DNA of 64,000 nucleotides from Pseudovirgaria hyperparasitica (Eukaryota): NCBI GenBank assembly GCA_010093815.1, contig ML996577.1; one strand, 5' to 3'. Shown piece by piece: positions 50,482 to 64,000 of this stretch (position 1 is its first letter; each line of letters starts with the position of its first letter). The notes under the pieces were generated by a model. It saw only the letters and a program-made list of their open reading frames with translations, ran no database searches and was not told where the DNA came from. The position numbers and the translations under genes were made by a program.

Positions 50482-50960
50482 TTTGAGCTAGACCATGGAG
50501 CTACAGAGTCGATTGGGACAGTTGCGCGCGCCGCGCGAAGCTGAACATATATCGTAAAGTCAAGTCATGCTACCGACGTTTATTATGCGCGCTGTGAGCT
50601 TGACGTGTTTTGGCAGCAGATCGTCTAAAGCGGTCTAGTGCGGGGACAGCTAAATACCTAAACGTAATTTATTGATACTCAATCGACCTCATTCAGATTC
50701 ATGGATCTTTGAACGTCATAATTGACTGTATATACCTGCGTGAAGGGCAGTGAGATTGCAGCACGTAACGCATAGAAAGTTATGATGTTCGATAAAATAC
50801 ACTCTCTCATATAGCAGATGTGGTACCTCATATTGGGCATTCTCTGCGACCATTAGACGTAAGTGGTTTGCGAGCACGAAGTCTTTACATCGAAGTCACA
50901 TCAAGGGGTTTCTTCTGACTGTAACATATGCAGAGCTGAATCTTGAAATATTTGCTTTGC

Positions 50961-52254
50961 TTAACTTGAACCTCGCTGACCCAAGGCCAGTCTAGCACCG
51001 TTGACTGCTAGATGATCCGCTGCGACATTGCCAGGATCACTAGAATGGCCTTTTACCCAAGTAAACTTGGTGCCTACTCTGCAATGCTGCTCTCTCATCT
51101 CAATCTTAGTTACGATGGCCTCGATGAGATCCTTGTTCTCAACAGGTTTTCTCGAAGAGTTGATCCAATTGTTCTCACGCCATTTCTGAAACCAAACGGT
51201 AACACAATTGATAGAATAGTTGCTGTCCGTTATAATCTCCACTGGTCGATCAATCGGAGCTATGTCAAGGGCGCGTTGTATCGCCGTCAGTTCCGCACGC
51301 TGGTTCGTCTGGCGTGGACCAGCGAGTGGCTCTGAAACGTTTCTACTAGGTCTGTTAGTTAGGAGGGTGTGGTGACGAGCGCCCAAACGTACCGAGAATC
51401 ACTAGGTCCGAAGAACACACCAACTCCAGCACATGCATTCTTATTCTGGTTCCCGAGTGAACTGCCATCAGTATATATCTTCATGTATTTTTCTGGATCT
51501 TTGAGGTTTCCAGTCGGGTGGAGCTTCGTGGCGGTTCGCTGGGCCTCAGTCTTGTACACAACCTTGCCATTGTCTGGGTTGAGAATGATGCGATCGTCGA
51601 AACCATCTTCTGCATCCGAAGGCAAGGTACCAGCTCCGGCTTCATCTTCGGCACTATCGGTTTTCAGTAGCACTTGCGTGGACGTCTTCTTCTGCCTCTT
51701 AGTCGGGGGAGGAGTCGCTACTGCATCGGGGGCGGGGTTGTCGAGTTCTACAGATACATTGGACACTGGCCCACCCGCGTTTGGTCCCGCTGCTACGAAT
51801 GCTTCCGCTTCAGCTCTTGTTGTAAAACCCTTATGTTTTGGTTTAGTCCAGCCAGTGATCTGCTGGGAGGCTTCCCCCCAATCTGTGTACACCCCAGGTA
51901 CCCGTCCACTTTGGACTGCATAGAATTTCTGCGCTTGGGGTGTTTTCGGAGGGGACGTAGCTTTGACGAAGGCCTCCGCTTCTGTAAGGGTAGGGAATGA
52001 TTTGACTGTAGTCCCACATTAGACCCTAAGAATTCATAAAGTCGGAGTAACCCACAGGCAGCACCTTTGAAGCCCTTGATCTGATCTTGGCAGTCGGACC
52101 AACTATGATAGACACCAGGTTTCAAGCCAGTGCGGACTGCATAGAACTTTATGGCGGGAATGCGTTTGCGCTTCGTACCCGAGGACGCGTTTGAAGACGT
52201 TGCTGCTGACTTAAGGTCGCTCTTTACGCCCGAGGATGCTTTACTGGACGGCAT
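50961..52254 (-). CDS. RNH1: Ribonuclease H1 with two N-terminal hybrid-binding (caulimovirus ORF VI-like) domains; introns 52006..52055 and 51343..51392
   Basis: Two KFYAV..G..PGVY..W repeats. Catalytic YTDGS, TNQRAEL, TDSNY, VENKDL and WVKGH...GNVAADHLA motifs. Confidence 0.93.
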
Positions 52255-53325
52255 AATTGCAAAAGGAGATTTGTGATATGGCAATGGGAAGACGAATCGA
52301 GAGGTCGATCTACGACCTACAGCTTTGAAAAGCTTGCAGATCCCGTGTAATATACGCGCAATGATGCGTCCTCAAAGCAGCTCAGCACTTAGTATTTCTG
52401 AGTGATGTGTTAGCTACTAGCGAGACGTTTGCACACAGACTTGAGGCTGGTTTGCTGTCAGTGTGTATTGGCTAGCGTACCTGAATATGAGTCTGATCGT
52501 TTTGCCAGCGATCTTACGCTTGAGTATACGAACAATGTTTCAGGCCTGTACACGCTGAAAAGCTCGATGCCAGCTATTCTAACATGCGAGGTTTGATACC
52601 GAGATGGACGACTGAACTGTAAACGTACGGTGATGAATTAGCGATGGGCGAGAGATGTGGAAGTCGTTGGCTCCCTCCATCAGACCCCTCCCTACCTAGG
52701 GGTGTAGGGGGGGGGTCCTGCGTGCATTACAGGCCGGAACAGCGCCAGCAACATGCAGCCCCAACGAAGCATATTACAATCACGTTGTGCGCTATAGGAC
52801 TGCTGAGCTCGTGGTGTTGTTGTCGCATTATTGTAGCCCATGAATATCTCAAGTATGAGTGAAGACTTCTCCACGGTTGAATATCACGCGTTCGTGGCCG
52901 TCGCTACGAGGTTGAACTACGAGCTTAGCTCTGCCCCACACGTACGTCGTCAGATGACCAACCCAGCTTCCTCCTTGTCGGCACGGAGGTAAGCCAAACA
53001 ATGTAATGACGGGATGAACAACTGTATCAATGACGGCTCTGTAGTGAATCATCGTCTCACTCCCTCCGTCAGCTTCATCTGCGTCAGTTACCATCAGCAA
53101 ACCATCCGAAGTTCCTTCGACACTGGCAATCTCCACGCAAACAAGATTGTCTCATCCCGCTCAAACTGGTGAATACAGTTGGCGTTTACTATTGCTTCAT
53201 ATCTGAATTGACCAAGCTTCAACAATCCCACTCCACTCTCGCTTGGCCTCTCCCCTGATCCTGATACAACATCGAATGAGCAGTTCTATGGGTTTGGTAG
53301 CACTTCGCCCGTAGACTGCGGCGCA

Positions 53326-53804
53326 ATGTTTGAGGTGAGCTTGTTCGCGGGAGGACCCGAACTGAAGGCTTTATTGTGAAATGCTCATCCGATCTGCAGG
53401 GACGAAGGGCTCAGGATCGTTATCACTTGCGACTCCATCGAGCTCGCTCCGTCATTCTGACTCCTGAGGAGCTCGTTGAGATAAGAGCTGCTCAGCGTAC
53501 TTTTGAAGGCGCCTACATTCGAACGGCTCTCGGCCAATTCTCGTTCGCGCTCATCGTGCTCAAGGTTTTTACAGCCGAGTTCTACTCTATAGGAGCGCTT
53601 TTTGCCGTGTATGGTGCTGGTATACTCTTCACCAGCCTGTTCCGTCGGCAGCACGGGAACAAGCAGTTCTTCTCGGAAGTTGGAGACGACGGTCTGCACC
53701 GGAAGAAGCTGAGAACAAGTGGCAATATCGTGTCCATCCTCACAGCAATCAGCGTGGGAGCCTACGTGTCACTCCTGGTATTGATCCTGAAGCTCAAGCA
53801 GTAA
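53326..53804 (+). CDS. Small three-TM membrane protein, DUF202-like; intron 53335..53399
   Basis: ELVEIRAAQRTFEGAYIRTALGQFSFAL followed by hydrophobic helices and RTSGN. Confidence 0.7.
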
Positions 53805-55364
53805 AGAAAGGCCGCGTTCCTGCGAAGCTGTTTTGCTGCCCGACAGTCGCACTGTGGTGTGTCTGGCTATGGCGAATGCAGAGGTGCATAGTTACAAGAT
53901 CTTGGCCGCTTGGCTGCGTAATTTACGTTCGAGTGGATGCTCGCAATGTGTCGGAATCTTAGGCTCAAAGCATCTACTACGATTGTCACCACAAGAAAGC
54001 CAAGAACCCGTATGAAACAGCAGCAATAAGACTACCTATGATGGTGAGATACTATGTATACCACTGCGCCTTATACACGCGGCCCGAAAGGAATGAAGTC
54101 ATGGACCGGCTAGCACTTCCATCTCCAGAACGCAGATCAAGCTTCGTGCTTTGTACAGGAATAGAAACATCAGCACACTAAGGCTCGAAACTTAAACCTC
54201 CTTCCTGGATTGAGTTGGAACGAGCGCAGCATCGTGCAGAAATGATTGGCGTTGATAGGAGACGTGGAAGCTCGTGCACCAGACGGGGTTATGATGGTCC
54301 GTGGGGGTGCAGTGTGGAGAAGGCAGCAGAACCTGGCTATACATCCCTAAAGTGAATGGTCACCATTGTGGTAGTAGACCCGGCGGTTTGACGGGGATTG
54401 TTGACAATGCGAAGTCCTAACATACAAAGAGGGCTCTTTGTCCCCAGCAGAAGTTGTAGAACATCTCGACTGCAGCCAGCGAGACCAAAGTCCCGCGTTT
54501 CAGTCCACGCAGCCCAGTCAGTTTGCCCAAGGCATTACTAGACATTATCTCCATACTTGGCAGTGCGACGCAGCGGAGCATTCACATCCGCTCTCTACCT
54601 GATATCTCTCCGCTGGCCAGGACCATTCACTTGAAAGGTGCCACCGATCAGCTTGGCGCAGTCACACCGAAGTCTTGCTTCCTGCCGTTTTGCCTCACCT
54701 CAGATTCAACAGTGACTCTCAGACACTGCCCGTATCGAGTCTTCCTTGCAGCATTCTAAGCTTGTTATTATAAACTGGTCCGACCTTGTCACTCCGCCGC
54801 TCGTATTTACCAAAGTCGTCGCAATTTCCCGTTGGGCGAACCGTATATATATAGCACGGTAACATCGTATCTATCAATCTACGCTCCGCTGAGCTCCGCT
54901 GCAACACCCACCAATCCAATCTGCTTGGCCATTCACTAGGTTCCAAGTCAACCGCCCCGCTGAAAGGAATAGGTACCAGGGTACCGATTACCAAGGTACC
55001 GCCCTACGTATCGCACCCGGGGAACAGTCTGCCAAAGACGCCTGCCCAAGGACCATCGCCTGTTTAGCTTCATTCATTCTTCCATTCACAGCGTCACACT
55101 TCGGTGCGCCGCGCCTCGACTCTCGAGAGTATATATCTATGGGCAGTGGTAGTCTGCAGAGATCGGCCTTGTTCCGACTCATCGTTGAACAAGCCCGCAT
55201 ACACGCACGATCTGCCGCCATCAGCTCCAGTGCAAGTCAGCAATCCTCGCCGCGGGACCTAGCCATCCGCACGCTGTTCTGGGCTGTGGCACCGGCCCAA
55301 GCCAAGCGACCCACAGCTGCAGCTGCTTTAGATCCGGCCAGTGCCACGCGCGCCCTAGCCCACA

Positions 55365-57654
55365 ATGCCGTTCCTCAAACCGGAGCCTGTCGAGGTGACT
55401 CTTCTTCCACCTCGACTCAATAATAATCCTCAACAACATACATCACGGTCCTATACAACCTCCAAGCATTCTGCCGTTGCCAAATCGGTCTTAATGAGCA
55501 AGCTTCTTACGCCTACCTCTGCGCCTTTCATTACGGAATCCGAAGTACCCGCCCAGCCTCACGCTTCCTATGACTCCACTGTAGCACAACCTGTTCGACC
55601 TGTGTCGCATTCCTCACCGGCGCTTCTTCCAGACTCAAAGCCCTCGCGACCTCTTCCCTACAAGCCTGTACGACAACAGAGCTACAACATAGCTCCACTC
55701 GGGATCAAAGATGGCGTTGGTGCTGCGCTCACGGATACGCCTATGATATCGATTCCCCCAAGCCCCAAACTGTGAGCGAACCCTGAGATAAATTGTCAAG
55801 ACATACGCCACGGTGCAATACTGACAAACAAAATAGGTCTGCGCTGAAGACTGGCTCTGGCGCGTCGACTCCGCGCATTCGACCTACGACTCTCGACATC
55901 CCTGGCTTGACTAAATCTAAAGTCTCACCAGATGGGAAGATATCGCAACGAGACATTGGATCCAAGCTTGTCATTGTTATGGTCGGACTGCCTGCTAGAG
56001 GAAAGAGCTATATCACGAAGAAGATCACCAGATATTTGAATTGGCAACAGCACAACACACGCATCTTTAATGTGGGAGAGCGTCGACGCATCGCCGCCAG
56101 TGGTGGTTCTTTCAGTCGATCAGCCTCGTCAGTCCCCATGTCAATACCTAATGTCAATGTTCCTATGGATGATGTCCATCGCGCTGCCACAATCCTGGTA
56201 AATGGTGTGGCTATGGCTGAACAAATGGAAACACTGTCACTTCCAAGTCCAGCACATGATCCAGACAATCCATTGGCTTACGTCACCTCTCAAGTCATTG
56301 CTGATGACTCTCAAAATGATTCTATGGATCAGTCCGCGAACTTCTTCGACCCTGGGAACAGCAAGGCCGCAGCTATTCGTGAGCAAGCCGCCAAAGATAC
56401 TTTAGATGAACTACTAGAGTACATCTTCAACGAAGGGTCCGTTGGTATCTTTGATGCCACAAATAGTACTCTAGCCCGTAGGAAATGGGTTATGCAGTAT
56501 ATTCGTGATCGCGCTGGACCAGAACTAAATGTTCTGTTCCTTGAAAGTCTGTGCCTGGACGAAAATTTACTAGAATCGAACATGCGCTTGAAGCTTTCAG
56601 GGCCTGATTACCAAGGCAAAGATCCTGTTGCAGCGCTGGCAGATTTCAAACAGAGAGTCGCGATGTACGAGAAGACTTACGTGCCACTCGGCGAGTACGA
56701 GGAAAAGAACAATATGCCCTATGTTCAAATGATAGATGTTGGTCGCAAAGTCATCTCGCATCAGATCAATGGGTTCTTGTCTTCTCAGACTGTCTACTAC
56801 CTACTTAACTTCAATCTCGCTCCCCGGATGATCTGGATCACTCGACATGGGCAGTCTATGGACAATGTCCGTGGTAAAATTGGAGGTGATGCGGAACTAA
56901 GCAAGAATGGTCATCGCTACTCTAAAGCCATGGCCAGATTTATCGAAGCCAAGCGAGCGGAATGGGAGATTCGACAAGAGGATAAGATTGCTCATACACA
57001 TTTTCCGCCGCATCCAGGTGACCATACGCCGCCAAATCCTCATTATTGTCCTACCGAGCATCGTGATCAGCCCAAAAACTTTTGTGTCTGGACATCCATG
57101 CTCAAGCGCAGCATTGAATCAGGCCAATACTTCGAAGAGAACGACTTCTATGAAGTCAAGCAAATGCGCATGCTGAACGAACTATATGCTGGGGAGATGG
57201 AGGGCATGACTTATGAGCAGATCCGCGAGGACCATAAGGCAGAGTTTGAGCTTCGAGTTCAGGACAAGATGGCGTATCGATATCCAGGCCCAGGAGGTGA
57301 AGGATACCTAGATGTCATCAATCGCCTCCGACCCGTCATTGTCGAACTTGAACGCATGACTGACCATGCTCTTCTCATCACGCATCGATCGGTCGCGCGA
57401 GTTCTCCTCGCATACTTTAAGAATCTCCCACGAGACAATGTGGCAGATTTAGATTGCCCTCTTGGCATGTTGTACATGCTCGAACCTGTAAGCCTTGAAC
57501 ATGCTATTGAAACTGACTGACGCTAATTGTACTTTAGAAACCGTACGGTGTCGAGTTCCATGCTTTCCGCTACAATTCGGAGACAGACTGGTTCGACGAC
57601 CTCCCGGAGTACGAATTGCATCGCACTACGACTATGCAACAATTCGCTCAGTAG
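55365..57654 (+). CDS. 6-phosphofructo-2-kinase/fructose-2,6-bisphosphatase family protein (Pfk26-like); introns 55772..55836 and 57488..57537
   Basis: MVGLPARGKS P-loop, FNVGERRR and FDATNST motifs. Phosphatase-domain TRHGQS, LNEL, RYPG..GE.Y.DV and ITHRSV. Confidence 0.9.
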
Positions 57655-58716
57655 AGTCATTGCATTCTGTACAACTTCTCCTCCTCTATCCTCTGCTTGA
57701 GATATCCGAATGAGTAGTCCCATCACGCTACCAAGAGTAACAATCAAAGCTCTTTCGCAACTTATTTCCCGTTTACATGACGCTACCTTACCCTTGGTGC
57801 CACATTCTTGTATTGTTTTACTCTTGTATTGTCCTGACCAAGTCCTTATCTCTGGCGTTGGGTTATCGGCGCAGGCATCCACCAAGAGCTGGTACGAGCA
57901 AACACTGCAGGGGATACTGGCGGCGTTACTTGGGTTTCCTTCATTTGACTTGTGCCTCCTTTCCGGAAACAAAGCGATGCAAGCTGTGTGATCGATTTGT
58001 TTGTGTCAGTCTATAGAAGTGCTTCCATAGACTTGATATCACGGCCTTGAGCGGCTCGCTCGACAGAAAAGGAGTCTGATTGCTTGTACGACTGGTTTCT
58101 CGGGACTGTGAAAAGTATTGGACTGCTCATCGCATGCTATGCATTGAAAATGTTGACGTCATTGCAGTTATAAAATACTGATTGAATAGAGAGTGAGCAC
58201 TTCTTTGCTAAGAAGATTGAGGTATTCAAGTTCGAAATGCGTGAACCAATGCAAGGGACGATCTTTTCATGTTTGGCATGCGTCATGATCTCGACGAGCG
58301 CTACGCGATGACTATGGCTCAATTTAAACTTGCTAAGTCTCGCAATAGTATTGACGTTCTATGTATGAATTTACTTGTGTGTCTGCTTTGACTACTACCC
58401 GAAGCCATGCTCGTGAAGTCCGCGACACGAACTCAGGAGACATTATCGCTTAGCCGGGGAGCTCTGACCAATCGTATGGCGCTTTAGCTAAGCAGCTGTT
58501 GAGCCAAAGCCAACGACCGAAACTTTAGCTTAGCTTCGCTCGCTCCTCTTCGAAACCTGGCCCTCTATCCAACGACCTCATCACCACTTCTTCGCCCACA
58601 GCATCACCACCCGCCGCGCTCGACATACGCATCAATTGGCCGTCACTCGGCCCAATACAAGCTTCTTCTTTCCCATCGCCAATCCTCTCCTCTCTCCACT
58701 CCTTCATCGCCCAATC

Positions 58717-59530
58717 ATGCTTTCCTCCAGCCTCATCCGGGCCTCCAGCTCGACAATTGCTGCGACCGGCCTGCGACGTGCAGCTATCTCCCGTGCGACC
58801 CCATCATTATGCGTGCAGGAACTTCGACAGACTCGCCAGGCCCATGCAATCTCGAACCCAACGCTCGCGAACATTGAGAAACGGTGGGAGGAGATGCCGC
58901 CGCAAGAGCAGGCGGATCTGTGGATGGCTCTGCGCGATCGAATGAAGGTGGACTGGAAAGAAATGACGCTGCAAGAAAAGAAAGCCGGTGCGTACAACTC
59001 ATCCTCAGGCAATAGGAGTCTCAAAATGATGGTTTTGTGGATGGAAGTATCTTATATATAGATGAGCGAATTCGAGCACATTTCGGAGTTTGAGAGCTAA
59101 CTGCCGATCCTTAACAGCGTACTGGATTGCATTTGGTCCCCATGGCCCACGCACTCCCCCACCCCCGGGTCAGGGTTGGAGAGTCTTTGTCGGTACTACT
59201 CAGGCCATTGTAGTCTCACTTCTGATCTTCGCTGCAACCCGCATGTTCGCCCGGGATCCCCCTCGCACAATGACCAAGGAATGGCAAGCCGCTTCAGAAG
59301 AATATATGAGGGTACGTGAACACATTATCCTCCTCTCAAACTATACATACACCCAAGCAGCCAGTCGCTATTCATCGAATTTACAATCAATCAATCAAAG
59401 ATACTGGGGTGTACTAATGTATCGACAGGAGAATAACATGGAGCCTATCTCTGGTTTCCCAGGTATGCTCCAGCAGAGCAAGGCTAGCGGCAAGTCGCCT
59501 GAGGAGCATGCTGCCCCTGAAGAAGAGTAA
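58717..59530 (+). CDS. COX5: Cytochrome c oxidase subunit V (COX4/Cox5 family); introns 58988..59117 and 59312..59428
   Basis: Presequence, then IEKRWEEM, DWKEMTLQEKKAAYWIAFGPHGPR, TMTKEWQ and EPISG motifs. Confidence 0.92.
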
Positions 59531-61361
59531 TCACTTCATATCTTTGTTTACAAAAGACCAATTCATCTTCTCCTTGCGTCAGCTTACTTGTCACAATATC
59601 GCGTTATGGAAAGCTAGAAAAGCGTTTTGGTACGAGAGGGAAAGCTTCTCGTCGGACGTACAGATGTGAGACGGGAAAAGGGACGGGACGAAGACGGGAA
59701 GTAGTGTCGTAAATTACCTAGGCCGCTGTACAGAAATCTAGAAAGGCTTGTTCAAACTGCATCTTTTCTTCAATATCAGTTGCTATTCATAACATATCAA
59801 CAACTTGGCCACATGCCAGTGCTCATATATATATATATATGGACGCATGCAAGTCTGCATTTTCGATGACCGTACGTCTGATTATTGGTTGTGATCCTCA
59901 ATATCAAATATTGGTACTGTGTCAATCAACACAGATTCACCAGTACTCCGGCCCAAGTATCTCAAGCCTTACCTTTCGGCTCCAATGAAGGTTCCAGATG
60001 TCACATGCGGAGGACATTGCGTCCTGATGGAGATGATAGCTCAAAGTTCGTTACATGTGAGCGAAGGACTCCATCGCCTCGACGGCTTACGTTGGTTTCT
60101 TGGTCATCATTAGAGACGTGGCCTGATATGTTTGATGCTCGTAGAGTAAGATGGGGGAGGGAGCTGAGAAGACGATGGGTGAGTCATATGATTAAGCGAG
60201 TGGACAGACGACGACGTGTGCATGGAAGTAGTGTTGGATTGGTGTATGTCATGTTATAACCGTATAGCTGTTGAGTTCTCAAGTATTTTTGTGCAATTTT
60301 GGATGACACGCGGTGTGTCTAGATGCTATGCTCGGATGTGGTTTGCACCTTTACTAGCACAGGCGCTATATTGGTCTATAGCCACGACAAGCTCGCGAGA
60401 GACTCATTTGCTTACAGAGAGTCCTTCATGAGTCCTTCCTGAGTCGTCGTGACGGGTACCTGACGATCGGCTGAACATGCTGGACATGCTACTAGTAGGT
60501 GGAGGACTGGATTTTATGCCCAGTTGTAAAAGCTTCGTATGGCACAATGCTCCCCGGAAACACGACAGCAGCCGTTCGTCGTATCTGGTCAAAGTAGCCT
60601 GTGAGGGAGGCTTGGAATTCGGCGTCAGGTGATCTAATTCATATTTCGGCGTCCCAAGAAGGCATGGCGCCAAGATTCGCGCCTTGGGTGGTTTCAGGCT
60701 GTTATATGTGCAGCATCTGTGGTCTACAGGGAGTTATCATTGCACATGGATATATTGTTGAGAGTTTTATCCATTCGGATTCTGCTTGGCTCGAGCACGG
60801 TGAAGGCTTGGCATGGTGGTGAGCGATCAGTTGGGTGGCACTGAATGCGGTAATATATCAGCACATAGACATATGGTAGGCACATGGCTCGAAAAGCCTG
60901 ACTGAAACACATGACGAATCTGGGAAACACATGAAGCTGGCGGTTATTCAGCCCTACAAGAACATGCGAACCCGCGGTTCCATTCGCTAACGACATGTCG
61001 GATGGGTGATCCCGCCTCGTGAATCCTCACGCGAAGCCGAACATTCCCTTGCTCGAAGACGATTATCGGACTATTCGGCCGGGAGGTATAGCCGGCCGGC
61101 TAGAAAAGTGGATGAGAGGGATGCTCTCACGTAAGTGCTTTTCATAATCGCGCTGTGGGCGTTTGGTGGTTGTACCCCAGAACGATCTGTCACCCACCTG
61201 TGAGTGTCGTGCAGCGCTTGTCTCCTTTGTTGAGTCGAGGCTCCAAGTGCGTTACGCCGAGTAATAATGAGCACTTAGCAACAATCGCTTGAGACCTGTT
61301 GTGCGGGAGGACCGGATACGCAAGCCATCCGCCATCACAAGATCTGATTCAGCGTCGCTCT

Positions 61362-61386
61362 CAGGGCAGGGCAGGGCAGGGCAGGT
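61362..61386. repeat. (CAGGG)n microsatellite, about 4.8 copies, in the gpd upstream region
   Basis: cagggcagggcagggcagggcagg, directly visible. Confidence 0.8.
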
Positions 61387-61959
61387 CCGAGGTCCTCGAT
61401 GGTCGATGTCGTTTCACCCGTACGAGAGGCTGCCGCGGGCGGCCGGAGAGTTGATACCTGGAGTCTTCCACCACTCCTGATGATATGAGTTGGATGAACA
61501 TGATGGCACATAACGATACATCTTTCAATGGGGCGGGGCGAGAGTCATAGTCCATGAGTCCATGATACGACACGGTCACAAAAGAACAGTACGAAACGCA
61601 GCAAGGGCCTAGAGACAGACAGCCAAGAGCCCAAAAACAATGCATTGCAGTATGCGGTGGATAGTAAATGGCAGCGCTTAATAGCTTCTGGAGTGATAAG
61701 TGGATGGATGTTGTTAAGAGTGCTCGTGCGGTGAGTGCCCTTGTGCAGGTGGTGCTAACAATAATGACGGAGACCTGCCACCATGAATGGATCCATCTGC
61801 CCTCTGCCCCTCCAATCCACCCGTATATCTACCTCAACCCCACCTTGTCCTCAACACTTACTTCTATCCTCCTCTACGCAATTCTGCATTCTCGTCTTGC
61901 AAATTCTTTCCGCAATCTTCTCACTACTTTCTACATCCCCAAAGTCTCTACCACTTCTT

Positions 61960-62028
61960 GTACGTCCACTCTCACACTTTCATACCACGATTATAGCCTA
62001 TAGAGAGTTTATCACTGACGCTACGCAG
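61960..62028 (+). other. Putative 5'-UTR intron of gpd, preceded by a CT-rich core promoter region
   Basis: GTACGT...CTGAC...GCAG ending 15 nt before the ATG. Pyrimidine-rich tract at about 61795-61960. Confidence 0.65.
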
Positions 62029-62043
62029 AATCTACTCGTCACC

Positions 62044-63377
<1,334 letters not shown>

Positions 63378-64000
63378 GAATCAGGACAGATCCAAGACAC
63401 TACCTTGTCTAGCAAGCTTTAAACCATCAGTATCGAGCGAGAGCTCGGCCACTGCGTGCCCATATGAATCATGATAGATGTCAACTCCTCTCGACTATAG
63501 TAAACCCAAAAATCGAGTTGTAATAACTACTGGAAAGTAAACAAAATGAAATAACATAGTAGAACCTGTCGAGACTGTCCTCTGATACTTCTGTTGTTCG
63601 AGTTTAATATTCCACTGTTCTCATGCACAAGCTCTTGACAAAATAATAAAATCCAGAATCCTGCATGACTTAGCAATACAGATCTGTCCTCGGTCATCCG
63701 ACTGAATCTTTACCAACGTCTTCGATGCGCCAAGAAATTGGAGAGATGATAGGGCCATAGATCTCTGGTGCGAACCACAAGAAAAATGTTCCCAGTTATA
63801 ATAAGTGCATACCGATGTAGTAAGCATTGAGTCGGAAGTAGTTAGCGTGTCTCAGCCACATTCTTCCAGGTTGCCCGCAAGCCATATCTGTAAATTATCC
63901 GGAGATCATCCACCTCACCAGATTCGATTGTGAGCTCACCTTGAAGCTGTTTATCATCAATCTAATATTACGTTCATACCGACGTGAAGCTTTCTCCCGA

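Noticed and set aside
50961..51500. RNase H domain as a possible retrotransposon remnant
   Set aside because: It has introns and two hybrid-binding domains, and no RT, integrase or LTRs, so it is cellular RNase H1.
52681..52720. Imperfect hairpin or G-run (GACCCCTCCCTAC...GTAGGGGGGGGGTC)
   Set aside because: Short, low-complexity and single-copy; no TSD or other evidence for a MITE or ncRNA.
59012..59096. TCTCAAA/TTTGAGA stem around ATGATGG in COX5 intron 1, considered as a C/D snoRNA
   Set aside because: The C box is imperfect and there is no CTGA D box next to the 3' stem.
59531..61950. ORFs of 60-124 aa in the 2.4-kb gap upstream of gpd
   Set aside because: No coding-like composition or motifs; consistent with a long regulatory region.

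Overview
Gene-dense, intron-rich DNA from a filamentous ascomycete (Pezizomycotina; GT-AG introns of about 45-185 nt with CTRAC branch sites). About 26 protein-coding loci are visible. Housekeeping genes: ARMC8/Vid28-like (partial), a DHH phosphoesterase, mitochondrial LeuRS, Aim32, Cyc2, two MFS transporters, a sulfotransferase-like protein, Sec16, Neo1, a GT34-like glycosyltransferase, Rcf2, proteasome alpha5, Qcr10, an SDR, GCP2/Spc97, RNase H1, a DUF202-like protein, PFK-2, Cox5 and GAPDH. Two gene-poor intervals look accessory. At 11.5-16.3 kb there are two convergent orphan genes, one needing a GC-AG intron. At 29.5-35 kb an intronless nucleoside 2-deoxyribosyltransferase-like gene is followed on the same strand by a degraded HeLo-like/STAND N-terminal-domain pseudogene, a candidate immunity or cell-death locus. 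Signals the ORF track misses include a cryptic PTS1 (SKL) behind the GAPDH stop codon, a non-AUG in-frame mitochondrial-presequence-like extension on RNase H1, a PIP-like box on the DHH protein, and a LOTUS/OST-HTH protein with five DPR motifs. No tRNA, rRNA, CRISPR array or recognisable transposon was seen. All family assignments come from motif recognition by eye; no database search was run.
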